Of a stretch of 64,000 bases of DNA, positions 52,001 to 59,402 are shown one piece after another. Both the position numbers and the translations under genes were made by a program. Below the pieces are notes generated by a model. The model ran no database searches. It saw only the letters and a list, made by a program, of their open reading frames with translations, and was not told where the DNA came from. Position 1 is the first letter of the stretch; every line of letters begins with the position of its first letter. This DNA comes from Candidatus Poribacteria bacterium (lineage in GTDB: Bacteria > Poribacteria > WGA-4E > WGA-3G), in the NCBI GenBank assembly GCA_963663765.2, contig CAXXUA010000004.1, positions 1,056,001 to 1,120,000 on the forward strand, written 5' to 3'.

Positions 52001-55000
52001 TTGGCACTGCGTCCTGTACGACCTCTTCTGGACGGAGCCGATCTAACGACACAACTGCTGTATTGTCAGCACTGATGCCAACACCTAAATCTCCATCGTT
52101 GTATTCTGCGTGGAGCGTTGGTAGGTCATTGATTGTAACCCCTTCAGTAGGCGTTACAAAAGTGATAACCGGTGCAGTATTATCCAAGTTGATATTCGCC
52201 AAGGCGAAGTCCACAAAACGTTCACGTATTTCTACGCGTCCATGTGGCGTGGTATGTTGACTTGGCAATTCCATCAGATTATTTGCAGACAGCATGAACG
52301 CATACTCGCCATCGCTTCCTGCAGTATAATCATCACCATCCCTGAACTGTCCACCAACGACAACACCGATAAGATCATCTTCAAACAAAGTACCGTTATT
52401 GACGTTGAAACTTACAGCGATTGAATCGCGAAGTGGAATTGGATCAGGAAGTTCGCCTTCAACTAGCACATCATCAACTTCAGTGACCATCAATTCCATA
52501 ATATCACTAACTCGGAAGTTTAGGACATGAACTGTGATAATAGGTGAAGCAACTTCATTTTCATGATCTTGCCAGTTTATGTGATTACCTTCATCATCAA
52601 CTTCACGATCTGCAACAAGGGCATAATAAGTGTAAGCACCGTTTTCCAGCAACCCTATATCAACAGTAATCTGTCCATCATCAAGGCTACCTTCAACATG
52701 TGATACAGAACCATCAGGTGCAGTTTGAACTAAACCGATCTTACCACCTTCATAAGTGATAGGTTCAGCAGTTGGTTCAATGGTAAATGTAAGTTCTGTT
52801 GACTCAACAGCATCATCTACAATACCACGAGCAGTGAAGCTGCCATCTTCGTTTGCTGCCAGCGAACCAACATGATCAGCAACATCCGTGATATTTGTCG
52901 GACCGAGTGGAGGCACATCATCAACATTGTCTAATGAGAATGACGCTTCTACACCATCACGTTGCATGTATTCGGTGTGTGCCTTATTCTGGGGTGTGAG
53001 AGAAATTGCTCGCACCACATACTTGTTTGTATCTAATGAGACATCACGTTGAGAATCATCACCGCGAGAGATCGTATCTTCAAGTCTGTTGATAGGTTCA
53101 TCATCTGCAGTGAATGTATCTTCCAATGCTAACTCGCGTGTATCAACAATAAACTGCCATTTCATGTAGCGTCCGGGAATTGCAACTACAGATTCGCCAT
53201 CAGCTTCGGTTCCCGCTTGGGTAATTCCGATAAGACCACCAGTTATATCGTCTAAATCATCAATACCTGGTAATTCGGATACATCCACTTCAACAGGATC
53301 AACGGCTGTACCTGTGATACGTTCCCATGTGTCATCAACGGGACGTGCTACCTCAACACGGATACCATCGGTAGGTGCTGAAGTTATATAATACGTATAC
53401 ACATTGAAAGTGAGTTCACCTTGTGGAGCACCACTATCAGGATTCACTGCACCATCTGAATTGTCAACAGTGACTGCGATCACACCTGGATCAGGTCGGT
53501 AGGTGTTCTCAACATTTATTGTGATTTCGTCACCTTCATAATCATCTGCTTGAATGTTTCCGTATTCAAGGAATACTTCATCTGAAGCAGTGTCATCATC
53601 ATAAGGTTCCGCATTGTCATACGCTAACGCATGAACTGTGAACGAATAAACGTCGTCTTCTGTCGGATTATACATCAAGTCGTACGGATCTTTGGAATGA
53701 TTTTGGAGATACTTGTCATTGTAGACCTCCTCGTCATCATCCGCCAGAGTGCCGACATCAATCGTTACAGTAAATACACCACTACCTTCAGCTGTTTCGG
53801 TAACTTCACCGATAATAGCACCTTCAGGTAACGTTGTTAGCAACTTCACGCCGCCATCTTTGTAAGTATGACGGTCTGCGGTTGGTGTAAGTGTTAATGT
53901 AACTACCGGAGATTTGACGGTGGGATCGTATTTGTCAACGAGTGCACTTACTGTGTAAGTTCCGTCACCGTTGTCAATTAACATTGCATCAGCAGGTTCA
54001 ATGCTTGTTACAACGACACCTATTGGTCCGAGTGGTGCAACATCATCATCGTTATCTACTGAGAACTGTTCTGTATAATCTTCACCCATTAGGATCGGTG
54101 AGATGTCAGTACCATCTGCACCAACAGCATAGGCACGCACCATATAACGATTCTCATCAAGTGAGGCGTCACGGGCAGCAGGACTATCCACAGTTATGGT
54201 ATCATCCAGTAGCGTTGTATCCACAGTAATTATCCATTTGAGGTAACTACTGGTAGAATCTATATGGAGAGTATCGTCTACATAGACTTCTGCTAATGTT
54301 TTACCTTTAAACATAATCGCTTCTGTCACGCCACCGTCCATACCAGCAGAATCGTCAACAGCAACTTCACCAATCTTAATTGGCGTATCATCACCTGGAC
54401 GCATAACTTCAATGCGGATAGATTCTGTTGCTGGAACAGTACGTCGTGGTGTATATCCCTCAAGCATTATTGTGCCTTGCGGTGCACCACTATCCTGGTT
54501 TTTCATAACAACGGAATCTGTATCAACGTCTACGACTAATACTACAGGATCAACAGGATGTACATCAGCATCAAGATTTATAGTGAATGCATCTGAAATC
54601 CTTAAGTCTTGATCCTCTGTTAACGCATCAAAATCCACACCATTTATGTCTATTGGATGTTGGAGTGCGTTGGTAGTAACCGTGCGAACAAATACCGTAT
54701 CTCCTGCTTGCAACAAATCTTCCAAGGCATTGCCAACTTCCCAAAGGATTGTCCGAGTGTCACCAGCAGCACCTTCGCCTTCAACTAATTCTACTTCATC
54801 AATTGACTGCCAAACACCGTCAGCCTCTAAATCAGAATAATATACTGTAATTGACGCATTAGGATGTTGTGGATCGCGATTGAGTGGATGAACAGTACGT
54901 TCATCAATCGTAACCGTCAATGTTACATCTCTGGCATTGTCATAGATTACACCAAATTCATAGGCATCGTCTTTGCCATTATGGTTAATGTCACCAAGAG

Positions 55001-57884
55001 CTGCCATTGTAACGCTTGAACGATCATATTGATATGGTACAATTCTTATATGTTGCGGTTTAACATGAGAACCGATATTGAGGAGTGGATCAATACCCAT
55101 GGCACGAACACCATAGTCACCGATCAATAGCGGTAATTGATCACCTTGAATGGGGAACTTATAGATACGTTCAGGTTCAAAGGTAAATGGAATCAGGTCA
55201 ATGTCATCTACGACAGCACCTAATAGATCCGTCAACAATGTGTATTGGTTATTAGTGAGCTCAATACCTAAGAATCCTCTAAGTTGATCTACAACCAATG
55301 CTTGTAAATCCTGTGCTTCTATTACCCCTGGAACTCCAGTCTCTAAGAGCCCTAAGAGTGATCTTAGTGCAAAATCGCGAATATCAATTTCTATGTCGGA
55401 TCCAGGCACACTCACTTTGAAACTATCATCTAATGAAGATGGAAATCTTTCGTTGATGAGATCCCAGATATCAGATGATAGAATAGATGCTTCAATCGTT
55501 AAAGGCAACCAAGTGCCTACTGGCTCTCCATTTTCATTCAGATCAATTATTTGATAAAGAAGAAAACCTTCATCAACTCCGATCTCACCAGGATCTGTTG
55601 TGCCTTTAATAGTCAACAAAGACGAAGTGCCTTCAACAGGAGCAGTAGCAACATACGCACCATTATTGTTCAAGTAACCTGTGGTGTCTGCGTTTGCTGT
55701 ACCGATAGTAAGTTCTGCTTCTGGCGCTGAAGTGTCAGTTTCAAACCCTACAGCAATGTGGTCAACCGCTTCTTCATCAGCATTGTAAACGACCGCTTCT
55801 AAAGTATATGCACCGTCATCCATTGAATCAATATTTGCATACCAGAGCGATTCTATTTCATAATCAATCAAGGGTACGGTGAAAACAGACGCTAACATAG
55901 GATCGTAATTTGATTCAAAATTATTTGTTAACTCATTAGCATTTCGCAACAATAAGTTTTGCAGTTTACGAAGTTCCTGTCCTGGAATGGTTAGATCTGT
56001 GTTTCCAGCAGAAAGAAGCGGAAGAGCTATTCTGACAATTTCCGCTACGACATCATCAGTAAACATCGCATCAAGGATACCTCGATCTGCAATTTGAAGG
56101 TTGCGCGGATCAGGCATCGACCAACTATTGATAGTATACTCCCTATTCGCATCAGCGACTGTCGTGGCATCTCCACTTGGTGAAAGCAAAGCTTCTGCAA
56201 GTGCCTCACGATTAACAATAACTAACTTCACAGGTTCAACCAGAGTGACTTCAAAGTAGTAATTCACATTTCGTCCAGGAATAATACCTACATCACCTTC
56301 CCAAACGACACCTTTATCAGTCGTTACTGGATTCATTTGAAGTGCGATATATTGTTCTTCCAATCCTTCTTGTGAATACCGAAGTACAACCTCAGAAAAA
56401 AGCTGATTCCCTAATGCTGGCCAAGCAGGTAAATTCGCGGCAGCAAGTGTCTCTTCCAATCGGAAGGTATAAGGGATTGTATCTGATTGGAATAAATCTG
56501 GGGCGATCCGCTGACCTTGTTCCGCCTCAACGCCATTGAGCCTAATCTGAACGCTACCACCTTCAAGTGTTGATGGTACGCGCACGTACAAGTTCAAATT
56601 ATCTCTTGTTGAGAATTTTGACGTGTTAGGTGTATCATCGTAAAGAGCTTCAGACAATGTCGGTGTAATTCCGTTACCAAAGTTCTCAAAATCTAACCCC
56701 GGTGGTTCATCAGCGAAAATAGAGAACGCTTGACGCGAAGTTAAATTTTGTCGAATCGTTTCTTCAGGAATAATTCCAGCTGGGATTTGTGCTATAAGAA
56801 ACTCAACCGCAGGTTCAACTAAAGCGTCGGCCGCGGCAGAATCAAGTCCGGCAGCTGCAATAAGATCACGAATAAACGCTCTACCATGAATCCTATTCAA
56901 TGAAAGCCCACCAAGTCTTGACTCACCATTTAGGTTTGAAGTAACAAGATCAACTGAGGGCAATTCTCCATCTGTCGGAGGTTCCGGCTTATCTGGAGGA
57001 TCTGGGGGTTCTGTTGGAAACTCCGCAGTTGCAAATCTAATCACAACGGTTGCAGGGGTTGAATCCGCAGTTCCATCATTGGCTATTAGCGTTAATGTTA
57101 CAGTGGCACCAGCGATGGTAGGCATCGCTGCCGTGGGAGCAGTCTGCGTAATCGTCACACTGCCACCGGTAAGCGTCCCACTCGGAATACTATAGTATCC
57201 CGCTGCGCTTGCTGGGTCCACCGAAATAGAACCTGTTACAGTAACAGCATCTCCGTTAACATCCGCAGTAGCAAAAGCAACATCAAACGAACCGCTTTGA
57301 GCGGCTGTCGGACTTGAGGTTCTAATAGATACTGTCGGAGGTTCCGGATCTGGGTCCGGACCTGGATCTACACCAAGCACAGTCTGAATTGTTTCTGAAT
57401 TAGTTGGTGTCAGGGATGACTTCCAAGTCTCATCTGCAAAAAGCAAACGTAGAAGTTCTAAAACTGCTACTGTATCCTGCATCAAAGTCCGAACATTTGA
57501 ATCCATTAAAACTGTTCGGATACCTTCGTCATCTGTAAGTAGCCCTATGACCTCGGGAGTTGCGCCTGGTACAACGGCAGTTATTAAGGCTGGATTACTA
57601 AGTATCGCATCAAGTGCCTTTCCAAAATCACCTTCATATAACAAATCAATGAGTGGTTTAGCATCAATTAAAGTTTCAGGATCGCTTAGTTTTGCGAGAA
57701 CTTGAACAGTCAAATCCTGGAGATCAGCGCGCAAAAGCGTTTCATTAAAATCATCATACACCATTTGGGCGAGTTCTTCAGAAGTTGGATCCGCATCTTG
57801 CCCAAACACAGTGTCTGAAATAATTGTACTGTGAAAAACACACAATATAAAAATCAAAAAACAAACGAGTGTTCGTTTTTTCAT
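46092..57884 (-). CDS. Giant (3930 aa) acidic Ig-like-repeat surface protein with a FlgD-Ig/T9SS-like tail
   Basis: ATG at 57884 after GAGGAGG, signal peptide MKKRTLVCFLIF, many Big-like domains, and tail YNHPNPF..TRISFTL...IYD...WDGKT..GENLARGIYF. Confidence 0.9.
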   Translation of the reverse strand: MKKRTLVCFLIFILCVFHSTIISDTVFGQDADPTSEELAQMVYDDFNETLLRADLQDLTVQVLAKLSDPETLIDAKPLIDLLYEGDFGKALDAILSNPALITAVVPGATPEVIGLLTDDEGIRTVLMDSNVRTLMQDTVAVLELLRLLFADETWKSSLTPTNSETIQTVLGVDPGPDPDPEPPTVSIRTSSPTAAQSGSFDVAFATADVNGDAVTVTGSISVDPASAAGYYSIPSGTLTGGSVTITQTAPTAAMPTIAGATVTLTLIANDGTADSTPATVVIRFATAEFPTEPPDPPDKPEPPTDGELPSVDLVTSNLNGESRLGGLSLNRIHGRAFIRDLIAAAGLDSAAADALVEPAVEFLIAQIPAGIIPEETIRQNLTSRQAFSIFADEPPGLDFENFGNGITPTLSEALYDDTPNTSKFSTRDNLNLYVRVPSTLEGGSVQIRLNGVEAEQGQRIAPDLFQSDTIPYTFRLEETLAAANLPAWPALGNQLFSEVVLRYSQEGLEEQYIALQMNPVTTDKGVVWEGDVGIIPGRNVNYYFEVTLVEPVKLVIVNREALAEALLSPSGDATTVADANREYTINSWSMPDPRNLQIADRGILDAMFTDDVVAEIVRIALPLLSAGNTDLTIPGQELRKLQNLLLRNANELTNNFESNYDPMLASVFTVPLIDYEIESLWYANIDSMDDGAYTLEAVVYNADEEAVDHIAVGFETDTSAPEAELTIGTANADTTGYLNNNGAYVATAPVEGTSSLLTIKGTTDPGEIGVDEGFLLYQIIDLNENGEPVGTWLPLTIEASILSSDIWDLINERFPSSLDDSFKVSVPGSDIEIDIRDFALRSLLGLLETGVPGVIEAQDLQALVVDQLRGFLGIELTNNQYTLLTDLLGAVVDDIDLIPFTFEPERIYKFPIQGDQLPLLIGDYGVRAMGIDPLLNIGSHVKPQHIRIVPYQYDRSSVTMAALGDINHNGKDDAYEFGVIYDNARDVTLTVTIDERTVHPLNRDPQHPNASITVYYSDLEADGVWQSIDEVELVEGEGAAGDTRTILWEVGNALEDLLQAGDTVFVRTVTTNALQHPIDINGVDFDALTEDQDLRISDAFTINLDADVHPVDPVVLVVDVDTDSVVMKNQDSGAPQGTIMLEGYTPRRTVPATESIRIEVMRPGDDTPIKIGEVAVDDSAGMDGGVTEAIMFKGKTLAEVYVDDTLHIDSTSSYLKWIITVDTTLLDDTITVDSPAARDASLDENRYMVRAYAVGADGTDISPILMGEDYTEQFSVDNDDDVAPLGPIGVVVTSIEPADAMLIDNGDGTYTVSALVDKYDPTVKSPVVTLTLTPTADRHTYKDGGVKLLTTLPEGAIIGEVTETAEGSGVFTVTIDVGTLADDDEEVYNDKYLQNHSKDPYDLMYNPTEDDVYSFTVHALAYDNAEPYDDDTASDEVFLEYGNIQADDYEGDEITINVENTYRPDPGVIAVTVDNSDGAVNPDSGAPQGELTFNVYTYYITSAPTDGIRVEVARPVDDTWERITGTAVDPVEVDVSELPGIDDLDDITGGLIGITQAGTEADGESVVAIPGRYMKWQFIVDTRELALEDTFTADDEPINRLEDTISRGDDSQRDVSLDTNKYVVRAISLTPQNKAHTEYMQRDGVEASFSLDNVDDVPPLGPTNITDVADHVGSLAANEDGSFTARGIVDDAVESTELTFTIEPTAEPITYEGGKIGLVQTAPDGSVSHVEGSLDDGQITVDIGLLENGAYTYYALVADREVDDEGNHINWQDHENEVASPIITVHVLNFRVSDIMELMVTEVDDVLVEGELPDPIPLRDSIAVSFNVNNGTLFEDDLIGVVVGGQFRDGDDYTAGSDGEYAFMLSANNLMELPSQHTTPHGRVEIRERFVDFALANINLDNTAPVITFVTPTEGVTINDLPTLHAEYNDGDLGVGISADNTAVVSLDRLRPEEVVQDAVPIAVDPEMVEQDIDSVVYTRIDKLAGGAYQFTVMVTDSLGNVGEASVNFAVEGIDPTVVVTAPASGQEFDANPGSVTGFFAGGGDVGITKFTVNDVDVSESISVDGSNFTYTPEEGFGEDTHTVAVEVTDGSGLTAQTSLTFIVEHPVPTATIATPTAGQEYNHGVPIITGTFSGADPVSGTLSIDGEAVMDVSGNEFTYKPTEPLSDGDHTVMLMVIDVNGNTAEATTEFTVNIPGPSVAIHSPAGGQLYDHGTPEIAWKATGVAEPVSVTLTINGDAVELVDDADSYTPDSVLADGDYTAVVTATDANEKKAEATVVFSVFHPEPTVSIQSPTAGGSYDHEFSHIAGEFSGVGEVTIDLMLDGEAVEETKDGNQFTAELSDKLSEGEHMVTVMVTSENGKTAQASASFSVTYPEASVSISSPVAGDTYDHTFRHISGSFNGVAPVSVMLTVDDGDAIALEPDGNEFTHTLSDKLGEGSHTVSVTVMDANGETADASTTFSVVYPDASVSISSPTEGGTNDHTFRHISGSFNGVAPVSVMLTVDDGDAIALEPDGNEFTHTLSDKLGEGSHTVSVTVMDANGETADASTTFSVVYPEASVSISSPEAGDTYDHTYRHISGEFTGVGEVSVTLMVDGEAVDVKPEGNEFSHDLADKLDEGSHTVSVSVMDENGETAEASTTFSVMYPDASVSISSPTEGGTNDHTFRHISGSFIGVAPVSVMLTVDSGDAIALEPDGNEFTHTLSDKLGEGSHKVSVSVMDANGETAQASTTFSVVYPEASVSISSPEAGDTYDHTYRHISGSFIGVAPVSVMLTVDDGDAIALEPDGNEFTHTLSDKLGEGSHTVSVSVMDVNGETAQASTTFSVVYPEASVSISSPVAGDTYDHTFRHISGEFTGVGEVSVTLMVDGEAVDPDDVKTEGNEFSHNLADKLDEGSHTVSVSVMDENGETADASTTFSVMYPDASVSISSPVEGGTNDHTFRHISGSFIGVAPVSVMLTVDDGDAIALEPDGNEFTHTLSDKLDEGNHTVSVSVMDANGETAQASTTFSVVYPEASVSISSPVAGDTYDHMYRHISGEFTGVGEVSVTLMVDGEAVDPDDVKTEGNEFSHDLADKLGEGSHKVSVSVMDANGETAEASTTFTVMYPDASVSISSPTEGGTNDHTFRHISGSFNGVAPVSVMLTVDGGDAIALEPDGNEFTHNLSDKLDEGSHTVSVSVMDANGETADATTTFSVVYPDASVSISSPEAGDTYDHTYRHISGSFIGVAPVSVMLTVDSGDVIVLEPDGNEFTYNLSDKLGEGSHTVSVSVMDANGETADASTTFSIVYPEATVTIQSPVAGTSYDNGSIIVNGEYTGVGDVAVVLTVGGENVDVSKHDGNQFTGEIELLHGQYRATAKVTDSNGESATTSVDFIVDIPGPSVAILSPAAGQTYYQGKPIFRGHFTGMTEVELTTFTINGEDAPVEVEENQFTYTPSDDLATGEYIVMVEVTDENEKTAQATVVFNVMLDTTPPVISEVGPSGIVKDSWVNISAVITDEQSDILSVEFYIRDENDVNKGFVPFVSSVDPGPANHRITADKIKNGQIEISDSFEPGTHTMQVIAESLGGTTVHTWSFTVVIDTTAPIISSITPSGTIHRGLPTVSASANDESGVAEIIITVMDDNGEEVTGGTMDDAEADVTGITRADFMPENPLDEGSYTIEVRATDTNGNSSSAKGVFTVDFDTAAPIITSSAPQDGARLTYKQTFNKQTGNDDKENARPTISLTYGDAETGVNVGSIKLVIEAPKKGGGTLVAPIDLTDDQKSATQVLYTLSSPVFPDEYLEPGEYVVKLEVSDNAHQQGNVPEDNDGARKANTAVYQFSFFVEYSDAPILAVKPYNHPNPFKDSTRISFTLNRTSTVSIVIYDVTLRPVRVLKDNEVMSAGNYIGRHGTQWDGKTSSGENLARGIYFCEIVVTDGIEPEYAILKLALTR
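48028..50766 (-). repeat. Ten near-identical ~273-bp (91-aa) intragenic Ig repeats
   Basis: YP(E/D)ASVSISSP..G.T.DHT.RHISG.F.GV...GETA.ASTTFSV repeated 10 times. Confidence 0.9.
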
Positions 57885-58334
57885 TAACTCTTCCTCCTCG
57901 TTAAGTCTAAACGAAATATAGACTAAATACTGAAGTTTTAGATGGGCAACCGAGAAACACAACAAAAACGACCGGAGGTAGGTGTTTGCCCATCCAATTC
58001 TAACATCCTACTACCAAGAAGTTAATATTTTCTTCAATGTACGCAAATATACCCCGGCAAAACCTTAATCAAGGCCAAAAGCAAGCAAAATCGGACACCA
58101 TAATTTTGTTCTTGACCCACAAACTTCTATTTCAGTGGTTAACATAACAGGTTCCAGGGTATTTTGCAAATAATATTTATTTAACTAAAAGCAGACTATA
58201 ATATAAGGACATCTGACATTTTAACAATAGTGACTTAATTAAGCAAGCATTTTAATCAGGCGTTTTCTTTTAGAAATTCTGTAAAATCCGCAGCCTATTT
58301 GATTTTAACGATTAAATTGCAATCAATATCTAAT

Positions 58335-58363
58335 ATAATACCATAATTAAGAAAACATGTCAA
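58335..58363 (-). promoter_or_regulatory. Sigma70-like promoter for the giant-protein operon
   Basis: Reverse strand TTGACA-17 bp-TATTAT with a TG extension. Confidence 0.5.
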
Positions 58364-58598
58364 ATCAAAATATCATAATTCTGTTTAATTATTACACGTT
58401 TTTTGACACTACATAATTAATTCTAATTGCTATCTTACAATTATACATTATTATTGTCAACTAATAAATGTATGAGCAATTTTAGTAACATTTTCTATCA
58501 CTCACACTCGCTCAATTTTGAAGGTTTGTTAATATTGAAACGTCAATAACACTTTAGACGTTACGCAATTTTTACAATTAACAAATACTTATCATTAA

Positions 58599-59154
58599 CA
58601 ATACCTTCGCGAATAATACAGGGTTATTTAGTTTTAAGAGTTTTCTGTTATTGAGATTTACTGAAAGTTAATACCCATGTTCGATTTCCTAACCGAACTT
58701 TCTGCATCAGTTTTAGATTATTGAAACATGAACATCGCTCTTTAGTCTCGCCAAATGCCATACGGGGAATGCCTTAATGGCATTCATACCGTTGATTTGG
58801 CGCATTTGGCGTTGATTTGGTAGGGACTAAAGAACTGGACAAGATGGCACCCTATAAAATTAACGACATAGCAAAATAATATCAAAAATATTGAAAATTA
58901 AATAACCCTGGCCAATAATAGACATTCTGTCAGATTGTGCGGGCAGTTGTAGCACATTCTGCCAGATTGTGCGGGCAGTTGTAGCACATTCTGTCAGATT
59001 CTATCGTCAAATTAGACGCTATGATAAATAAAAATACTTCAACGAAAACCTGAAGTTATTTTTATTTATGCAATCCTAACAATATCACAGAGCAATGGTA
59101 GATCAACACTATATACTCATTCAATTGAAACACTCAAAAATCGCGAAGGTATTG
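58599..59154. mobile_element. CAATACCTTCGC-ended element, copy 2 (inverted, ~2.5 VNTR units)
   Basis: Reverse complement of 42985-43982, with VNTR units at about 58921-59000. Confidence 0.85.
58619..58910. mobile_element. CAGGG-ended MITE nested in copy 2
   Basis: CAGGGTTATTTA / TAAATAACCCTG ends with a 10-bp TSD GC(G/C)AATAATA. Confidence 0.85.
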
Positions 59155-59180
59155 AGTTAATATACATTGTTGTTTTTTAG

Positions 59181-59370
59181 CAGGATTTACGCAAAAACGG
59201 TAGGCGGGGAATGCCTAAAGAAGCATGCGCGTGTGGCATGCTCCATGATTCATACCGTTGATTTCTTGATTTGGTGCTTTGTAAGCGCGCTGGAAACCCA
59301 TAAAAAAGCTGATAATTGCATCATTTTCATAATAATATTTGATAAAATCAAGAAAACTGCGTAAGTCCTG
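59181..59370. mobile_element. CAGGACTT-ended MITE with a nested hairpin insert
   Basis: CAGGATTTACGCA / TGCGTAAGTCCTG ends, perfect 5-bp TSD TTTAG, and an insert at 59206-59273. Confidence 0.85.
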
Positions 59371-59402
59371 TTTAGATGAAAGTTTCATCTCTTCATTCTG
59401 TT

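Noticed and set aside
57885-57965. ORF-track N-terminal extensions (the giant gene, and likewise 37907, 61856 and 16379)
   Set aside because: Downstream ATGs have a clear RBS, a signal peptide or stop-start coupling, so the shorter starts were used.
58040-58100. c-di-GMP-I riboswitch-like GGCAAAACC motif upstream of the giant gene
   Set aside because: It is on the wrong strand for the gene and the second stem consensus is absent.
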